Assembly (NCBI GenBank): GCA_032718475.1
Contig: JAUCBJ010002353.1
Span: forward strand, 1-42,117
Reading direction: 5' to 3'
Source of the DNA: Nemertoderma westbladi
Lineage: Eukaryota; Animalia; Xenacoelomorpha
Length of the DNA: 42,117 nucleotides
Shown here one piece after another: positions 33,593 to 42,117 of this stretch; position 1 is the first letter of the stretch; each line of letters opens with the position of its first letter. A program made the translations under genes and the position numbers. The notes under the pieces are model-generated. The model did no database searches. It was given only the letters and a program-made list of their open reading frames with translations, and had not been told where the DNA came from.

Positions 33593-36500
33593 ATGCAAGC
33601 ACTGACTTGCCGATTTTGGCCTGGCGTTATTGGGAGAGCGCTACCTGCACTGCGTTCCTTTGTACCAGTACCGCTACCGGTAGCAAAAGTGCTGGGGCTG
33701 AGGAATATTATTTTGACGACAGCTCAATCACCAATACGCAGTAATCGTGGTTCTGTTTGCAGTTGTCTACCGGTAGGCCTGCTATCCTCATCCGATTCAG
33801 TATATCTCAAGTCTGTCAGTGCTGCACTGTACTGCACTACCGGTACCGGTAACTCCGACCCTGACATGGATGACGATGTATCAACCAGCACAGTCGTAAA
33901 GGCTCGAGGTTTGCCCTGGTCTGCGGGCGAAGCGGAACTCAGACAATTCTTTGGCGGTGTAAATATTAAAAAGATTAATATGACAAAAACACCTGAAGGC
34001 CGTTCAGCAGGTGAAGCATTTGTCGAGCTGGAAACAGAAGAAGATTGCATCAAAGCGGAAGCCTACCACAACAAATATTTAGGAAACAGGTAAGTCAGTA
34101 CAGCATTAAGTAGGCAGGTAGGTACTCCGCAGTACAGCTCCAGCAGTCAAACTAAAACTGTAAAAATGTATCCCTCTCCTGTCCTGCTGTCTGTTTGTGC
34201 TCTCCAGCTGCCAGCTCCTGGCAGCCAGGTGCAATGCTGTCAGGCCCAGACGCGGTTCGGCAGGCGCGATTTGAGTGCTCTCAAACTGTCAAAGCTCGTG
34301 ATCTTAAAGTTTGTGCAAAGTGCAGAAGTGATAACAAGAATTTGCCACAAAAATTTTGCTCGCGTTTCATTTACATTTTGTATTGTTAAATTCGCTCTCT
34401 AACTCTCAATCACAAATTGATTAAATTTGAGTTTTGTGTGTTTCTTTCTTAAAAGTCTAAGATCAACACATCACTATAGGCCGACTGTATAATTCAAATC
34501 AATAATACATACATACAGTATATTGAAATGTTAATTATTGACATGGTGTCATGGTAACACATTGATTGGCCAATGAAATGATCTAATTCTGGAGAATCGC
34601 CGATTATACGAATACTGTAGGCCGAAAAATAATTTATAGTATTATTTTCCAAACTAATCAGATGTTTCAATTAAATATCAGATGTTTTAAAGAGAAAACC
34701 CGGGACAATATATATGGGATAATATGCACAATATATGTATGTGTGTGTGTTTAGCGGGTTTTTGGTGTAGTTCAGTAGTTAGTTTGATTAATATGTGTCT
34801 TGCTCCTGCACGGGTTAGTGTAACTGATGAGCCAAATCCCGGCGAAACAAATATGCAAAAATGTACCAATATGATAATTTTACTTACAGTATTTAAACAG
34901 GGTTTGCGCTTTGTGTCCGTGCTTAAATAAAATGATGACTACTTTACGGTGGAACAGATAGGAACATGTTGTTTCTTTGTTTCCAATTAATTTTACTTGC
35001 TTGATATTGGTCTGTCAAAAACATAATTCGTTCTACCCATATTATGTGGAGGCTGGAGGCCTCCAAACACGTTAATCCCTAAATTTTATTAACGAATGGC
35101 TTGAAACCTGAAACTGTGTTTCATGTTTTTTTATGTTTTTAAAAAATTTTCGAGTAGTTATTTGCGGTTTAAAGACACTATCTGGCGCACGTTTTCGTAT
35201 TGCAGTCAGGGCTGACAGGTATGCGGCAATGCGGTTATCTAACATAATATTGGATTGTATTATCATTGCACACTACAGCTAAAGGCTACATCACAACCGG
35301 GATTGAAGAAAAGATGAGAAAAATATGATACTAAACGCTAATTTAATAAACAAAATTCAAGAAAATGACCCTTCTCCACCAATTTACACTGAGTTTGGAG
35401 TAGAAATTTGGATCAGTAGTGTAATACCGGTATATTGTTGTCTCTAAATACTTCTCGGATTATATTTTGGTGAAAATTATCTGAGCCATTTTAGACCAAA
35501 AAGTGCCATTATTGCATTATTGGGGTTCTCCAGTCTGCCAGTTTAAAAATGTATATATTTATTTATCATTTATCGATACTTATCTACTAGTTATATCGTG
35601 GTTTGGTTCAGTTACTTCCTTTATATTGATGTATTTAAGTTAGGTACTGAGATTGACAGACAGCTGGTATGTATCATATGTATGTAGTAATGTGTACCAT
35701 TACATCAATTAATTTAAATGAAATTTGAATTATATTTAAAAACGTTTATTTGATAAAATCAAATATTATACCTAGAAACAAACGAAACGAAGCGAAAAAC
35801 TAATTTAAAATGTATGAACCGAAACGAAAATTTCATAGATTGGTAAAGAACTAAATTGAAATTTCTTTCGTTTCGTTTCGTTCTGCCAACTCTGACAGTA
35901 GGACTATGATAAATTCACAATCAAAGCCAAAATAACACCATCATTCTGTCATTGTAGAAGTAGAGATTCAGACGATACAGGACACAGTACCCCTTAATGC
36001 ACTGCCGTTATCTCCTCATCCACACCAACAGACCAAATGTAAATTGACACTATGTGTATCTCACAATTCTATAATGAATTTATCTTTTGCAGCTGGGCCG
36101 ACTATTTTCTGAGCCGCCCCACTTTCTACTGTAGGATATCAAAATATAAAATATAATAAACTTTATATCTTAAGGTACATTGAGGTCATAAGGGTTTCCC
36201 GGTCAGAATTGGAGTGGGTTGTCAGGAAATCCGCATCAGCGGCGGGAGAAAGAATGAACGAAGCGATAGTGAGGGTACGTGGGCTGCCGTACGGCTGCAG
36301 TCGGGAGGAGATAGCGCAGTTCTTCGCGGGTTACGCGATAGAACGCAACGGGATAGTGACCGATAAGGAGGCACCATACTTACCCGAGGGCGAATCATTT
36401 GTATTCTTTTCGAACCCATCCATAGCGGAATCGGCATTAAGGGAGAAACAGAAGCAAAGCATCGGCCACAGATACATCGAGATATTCCGTTCGTCCTCCA

Positions 36501-38465
36501 ACGAGGTCAATAAGTTTATGTACGGGGGCGGCGGTATGCAGTCCCGGGGGATGCAGCAACGCCCGTCTCCGTACGAGCGCCACGGAGGCATGGGTGGGGG
36601 CCGTCAGGGGCGCATTATGGGCGCCGGGAGAGGGCCGCCCAACTATCGGGGCGGCTACCAGGACGACTTTATGTCCATGCAGCAAGGTGGTGGGGGTTAC
36701 GACTACGGTTATGGAGGAGGATACGTTGGTGGGATGATGTCCGGTGGTCGAGGAAGGGGTGGTGGTTGGTCAGGTGGGTGCGCACGTATGCTAGTCAAAT
36801 AATCTCTCTTTATATTCCCATTATAGATATTAATGTCCCTGTATATACTTTTGATATTTTATGTTAGAGTTGAGTTCTTTCTACGATGGGTAATATTGTG
36901 AAATATCCTTAGTTGTCTCTGATATCTAATTGTTCTAGTTAAATAGCCTTCCAGCCGCTATATAACGCCGGGCCAAATCTATTCTTAGTTGGGGCTTCAA
37001 TATGGCCTCATACGAAGTCTACCAGACTTCCTGCTGTTACATTTTTCATTTCGCAGTTTGCACTTTTCACATTTCACTAAAACCTAGATTACATAAGGGC
37101 TGAATCTAACCAAAAAAAAAACGAACTAAACAGGTTATAAAATAAAACATGCCCTATAAAACATTTAATAACACCCATGTGAATAATACCAGGATTTCAC
37201 TTTTGGCCCATGTGAAGAATACCAGACTTTCTACCGTTATATTTCACTTAGCAGTTACCCCCATGTGAAGATTATCAGGTTTTCACCAAAAATACCGGTT
37301 ACAGAAGGGCTGAATCTAACCAAAACAATAAACGAATTAATACAGGTTATACTATTTTTTTATTGTTTTAAATTTATCTTTATTAAGTGTTTTATAGCGC
37401 TTGTTTCTCTCTTATAACCTGTACATATACTAATTCGTTTATTGTTTTGGTTAGATTCAGCCCTTCTGTAACCTGTGCTTTTGGTGAAAACCTGGTATTC
37501 TTCACATGGGGGTAACTGCAAAGTGAAATATAACGGCAGAAAGTCTGGTATTCTTCATATGGGCCTTTAATAATGAAAAATTTAAAAATTCCAAATTTTT
37601 CGTAATGTAAAATTCCAATATAATTCAAACCGAAAACTGAAACCTGGTAGGCCTATTATTCTTCACATGGGCTAATGTAACCCTCCCGCACCTTTTCCTA
37701 TATTCATGGAACTGATCTATGGAAGAGTAGGAGTTCTGAAATTCACTCACAAACTACCATAATAATTTGACCTGGTCGCTACTTACCAGACAACATGTTG
37801 GTTCTCGTTGTTGGAGTGCCACTTCCTATTGGATACCACCATTTTATGAATAATTATAATAAATGTATTTTTTATAATATTTTAATATATTACTAATATA
37901 TACAATTAGAATTTATATCATATTGTGGTTCTTCTATATTGTGGTCGTTCTAGGTCCCATTCAGAGTTGATTGTTTCTACAGTATCATATTGAAGATTGC
38001 AAATATTTATTATATTTCTCTTTAGCGTACGAGACTTGTTTAAAATAACTAAATAAATACAATAGTTGATTGCGATTCTTACTTTTCTCCCTAGGAGGCG
38101 GTAGAGGCAGAGGTGGCGGCCTTGGTGGCGGCGCTAACAGCATCCACATGCGAGGACTTCCCTTCCGTTCCACTGAGTCGGATATCTACGACTTCTTCAG
38201 TCCGATCGTACCGTCCGCAGTGAAAATATTAATGAACGAGGAGGGCAGAGCGAGCGGAGACGCGCAGGCTACGTTCGCGTCCGGGGAGGACGCGATGGAG
38301 GCGATGAAGAAAGACAGATCGACGATAGGAACTCGATACATCGAACTCTTCCTTAACTCGGGAGGCGATGGGGCTGGGGATGCCGCCCAGAACGGCGGGG
38401 ATGGTCCCAGTTACTACGAGACTACCGGTAGACGAGGTGGCGGCGGTGGTATCATTAACTTCTAA
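33593..38465 (+). CDS. hnRNP F/H / GRSF1-family RNA-binding protein with 3 qRRMs; exons 33593-34089, 36175-36773, 38095-38465
   Basis: RGLPW/RGLPY/RGLPF and three RYIE motifs. Donor AG|GTAAGT (34090) and acceptor TAAG|G (36174) rebuild GNRYIEV. Donor CAG|GTGGGT (36774) and acceptor CTTTTCTCCCTAG (38094) are both phase 1. RPSPYER and GYR/RGG linker present. Confidence 0.9.
37096..37672. repeat. Nested/inverted MITE copies forming a long foldback in intron 2
   Basis: Arms 37205-37339 and 37430-37565 are near-perfect reverse complements; same family as 13998-14279. Confidence 0.85.
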
Positions 38466-38880
38466 CTTTAATACATCGATCGTTTTTATGTTAAACTTTA
38501 GGTACATCGATTTATAGAAGAACAGGATGTACCTAATATTTTCGTGTAGTACACCAATTCTGTTTCGAATTGAATATTATGTGTTTTTGTACTATATTGT
38601 TGTTTATAATCGTTTAAGAGGTTATATTAAATCACTGGTACCGCAGTACGAGGAAGAATTCAGATATTTTATTTTTTTTATATAGAATATGCGATATTAT
38701 TGGCTGCAAAGTATTGTACTGCGATAATCAAAATAGAACTCTTAGCAATGTCATCCATCACTTTAGCCAAATTGGGAATCATAGGTAGTGATTCAATGGT
38801 CATACGGATACACAACAATATTTTGATGGTATATAAATAATAGGCTTCTTTTATTGAACTTTTTTATTTGGTTTTTACAC

Positions 38881-38955
38881 TTTTTAGGTCCTCGTAGCGA
38901 GACCTCTAGTATTCACTCCGTTGTTGTTGTTGGTTGTTGTTAGTGTTGTTGTTAA
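38881..38955 (+). mobile_element. Probable 5' end of a HINE/DINE-1-like element (3' end not located)
   Basis: T-run, short inverted repeat AGGTC-CTCG-TAG-CGAG-ACCT, then (GTT)n; same layout as the 17111 element. Confidence 0.5.
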
Positions 38956-38986
38956 TTTCCAGTTATATTTTATAAGGCTTCCCTAC

Positions 38987-39058
38987 GGCGCAGTGGCAAA
39001 GTTGATAGAGCGTGGGACTTGGAATTTCTAGGTACCAAGTTCAATCCTACATTCCAGT
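38987..39058 (+). pseudogene. Degenerate tRNA-like sequence (SINE-type head)
   Basis: A-box-like TGGCAAAGTTGATAGAGCG, B-box-like AGTTCAATCC, T5 at 39065-39069. The cloverleaf does not close properly. Confidence 0.4.
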
Positions 39059-39066
39059 GAATTATT

Positions 39067-40954
39067 TTTGGTAGTAAGATAGGCAGTAAGCCATCCAAGG
39101 AGACAGTTTATGCGTTAGTAGACGCGGACCTTTGGTAGTAAGCCATCCAAGGAGACAGTTCATGCGTTAGTAGACGCGTACCTTTGGTAGTAAGCCATCC
39201 AAGGAGACAGTTCATGCGTTAGTAGACGCGTACCTTTGGTAGTAAGCCATCCAAGGAGACAGTTCATGCGTTAGTAGACGCGGACCTTTGGTAGTAAGCC
39301 ATCCAAGGAGACAGTTCATGCGTTAGTAGACGCGGACCTTTGGTAGTAAGCCATCCAAGGAGACAGTTCATGCGTTAGTAGACGCGGACCTTTGGTAGTA
39401 AGCCATCCAAGGAGACAGTTCATGCGTTAGTAGACGCGGACCTTTGGTAGTAAGCCATCCAAGGAGACAGTTCATGCGTTAGTAGACGCGGACCTTTGGT
39501 AGTGAGCCATCCAAGGAGACAGTTTATGCGTTAGTAGACGCGGACCTTTGGTAGTAAGCCATCCAAGGAGACAGTTCATGCGTTAGTAGACGCGGACCTT
39601 TGGTAGTAAGCCATCCAAGGAGACAGTTCATGCGTTAGTAGACGCGGACCTTTGGTAGTAAGCCATCCAAGGAGACAGTTCATGCGTTAGTAGACGCGGA
39701 CCTTTGGTAGTGAGCCATCCAAGGAGACAGTTTATGCGTTAGTAGACGCGGACCTTTGGTAGTAAGCCATCCAAGGAGACAGTTCATGCGTTAGTAGACG
39801 CGGACCTTTGGTAGTGAGCCATCCAAGGAGACAGTTCATGGGTTAGTAGACGCGGACCTTTGGTAGTAAGCCATCCAAGGAGACAGTTCATGCGTTAGTA
39901 GACGCGGACCTTTGGTAGTAAGCCATCCAAGGAGACAGTTCATGCGTTAGTAGACGCGGACCTTTGGTAGTAAGCCATCCAAGGAGACAGTTCATGCGTT
40001 AGTAGACGCGGACCTTTGGTAGTAAGCCATCCAAGGAGACAGTTCATGCGTTAGTAGACGCGGACCTTTGGTAGTAAGCCATCCAAGGAGACAGTTCATG
40101 CGTTAGTAGACGCGGGCCTTTGGTATTAAGCCATCCAAGGAGACAGTTCATGCGTTAGTAGACGCGGACCTTTGGTAGTAAGCCATCCAAGGAGACAGTT
40201 CATGCGTTAGTAGACGCGGACCTTTGGTAGTAAGCCATCCAAGGAGACAGTTCATGCGTAAGTAGACGCGGACCTTTGGTAGTAAGCCATCCAAGGAGAC
40301 AGTTCATGCGTTAGTAGACGCGGACCTTTGGTAGTAAGCCATCCAAGGAGACAGTTCATGCGTTAGTAGACGCGGACCTTTGGTAGTAAGCCATCCAAGG
40401 AGACAGTTCATGCGTTAGTAGACGCGTACCTTTGGTAGTAAGCCATCCAAGGAGACAGTTCATGCGTTAGTAGACGCGGACCTTTGGTAGTAAGCCATCC
40501 AAGGAGACAGTTCATGCGTTAGTAGACGCGGACCTTTGGTAGTAAGCCATCCAAGGAGACAGTTCATGCGTTAGTAGACGCGGACCTTTGGTAGTAAGCC
40601 ATCCAAGGAGACAGTTCATGCGTTAGTAGACGCGGACCTTTGGTAGTGAGCTATCCAAGGAGACAGTTTATGCGTTAGTAGACGCGGACCTTTGGTAGTA
40701 AGCCATCCAAGGAGACAGTTCATGCGTTAGTAGACGCGGACCTTTGGTAGTAAGGCTTTCAAGGAGACAGTTCATGCGTTAGTAGACGCGGACCTTTGGT
40801 AGTGAGCTATCCAAGGAGACAGTTTATGCGTTAGTAGACGCGGACCTTTGGTAGTGAGCCATCCAAGGAGACAGTTTATGCGTTAGTAGACGCGGACCTT
40901 TGGTAGTGAGCTATCCAAGGAGACAGTTTATGCGTTAGTAGACGCGGACCTTTG
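39067..40954. repeat. 52-bp tandem array, about 36 copies (TTTGGTAGTAAGCCATCCAAGGAGACAGTTCATGCGTTAGTAGACGCGGACC)
   Basis: Exactly 35 x 52 bp from 39131 to 40950, plus one interrupted leading copy. Only point variants; no spacers. Confidence 0.97.
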
Positions 40955-42117
40955 CGCGATTTCGCGCTTGTTTGATAGGATTGTTTCTAAGGTAAAATAT
41001 TTCATTCTTAAATTGTTATCTTTTCGTTCGAATATACACCAAAATCGGGTAGAAGAAAAAGAGTACTTTTTTTCATAGGGAAAAAAAGTAACCAATAGGA
41101 TTGCATTTATTTTACTTTTTTCCCGGCGAAAAAGTAAAATAAAATATTTTTGGTGGAATTTCTTATATTTTATTACATTGTGTTGAAAGAGCATCGACTT
41201 CTAAAAGGTTTGCATTAATTTGAGCAAAATCCATTCACACACTCAAAAGTTATCGCAACTTTAGTGTCTGCAAGGCAAACTCCAAAACGGAACTTAATAC
41301 AATATCCAATATTGATTTATATAGTTAAGCGGCTCTCTAGTTACGTAATAAATATTCGAGAACAATAAATTATTTAACGTTGAGTAAGGCAGCATCAGGA
41401 GTTGAAGAGTACAATAATTTGAATTGCAGTAACAATAGAAGCAATATAGTAAAATACTGCCGTTAAATTTATTTTGTACCACTATATCGCTGTACGTTTT
41501 ATTAAATAATTAAGCAACAAAAAAGTACCAATTTAAGAATAAAATTATTACGTATTACATGGGAAAAAAAACGTAGAACAATTTTTTAAACATTCTCTCC
41601 GTCCTTTATTAACCTCGCTGAAGGGTTTTTTTTAAAAATGTACACTGTAAAAAGTTTATACACGGTTAGAAAAAATTTAGAAAAATTGAATTTGTTTAGG
41701 AAACCAAAATAATTTTCCCAATGGCGTAAATGAATTGAGAAAGTTAAAAATAGGCCAGAAATACTGCTGTATTGCTTGTTTTCTATTCCTGCACCTATAA
41801 TATAAAAATATTGAACTAATTAGTCGTATTTGCCACTTAGTCCTTCTACTACAGTATGACTGACTGGTAAACTGTACATAAAGCACCTAATTAACACCAG
41901 CCATTATTTTTTAAGTTTTCTTGAAAATTGCGAAATAATTTTTTCATGTAATCCACCATTGTGATTCCACAAAACAGGTTGAGAAGAAATATGAAAGTCG
42001 AAAATATGAATTCTGACTGCGGCCACTAAGTTGTATCAAAAAATAATTTTTTAATAATTTAATCTCAATATAGTGACACAATGAATGTTACACATTAATT
42101 CTATTTATTTATATTTT

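Noticed and set aside
36209-38465. ORFs 36209-36802 and 38070-38465 as separate genes
   Set aside because: Their TTG starts are artefacts of the ORF caller; phase-compatible splice sites join them to 33593-34089.
38987-39058. Functional tRNA gene
   Set aside because: Acceptor and anticodon stems pair poorly and the B box is degenerate; kept only as a tRNA-like relic.
39067-40954. CRISPR array
   Set aside because: Units are contiguous and near-identical with no unique spacers, no cas genes are present, and the context is eukaryotic.
39067-40954. Hammerhead ribozyme satellite
   Set aside because: No CUGANGA/GAAA core on either strand of the unit.

Overview
AT-rich, repeat-dense animal (probably invertebrate bilaterian) nuclear DNA, not prokaryotic. 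From left to right: (1) an intact-ORF Ty3/Gypsy LTR retrotransposon (378-6421, minus) with non-canonical CG...CG LTR ends and a LADD RT motif; (2) a decayed, interrupted RTE-like LINE; (3) a hAT-type non-autonomous element with an 8-bp TSD that contains the zinc-knuckle/endonuclease ORF of a CRE-like retroelement; (4) three genes with single-exon CDS that are multi-exon in vertebrates (SFXN2, SETD9, SQOR); (5) a single-exon BC-box/LRR orphan gene; (6) a three-exon hnRNP F/H-GRSF1-family gene with a putative mitochondrial presequence and a second in-frame ATG; (7) about 36 copies of a 52-bp structured repeat behind a tRNA-like head. Several Helentron/DINE-1-like elements, MITEs, CTCF-like motifs and many TA-flanked palindromes (probable transposon excision footprints) fill the intergenic DNA. 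All calls were made by eye from the sequence and the ORF track; no searches were run.
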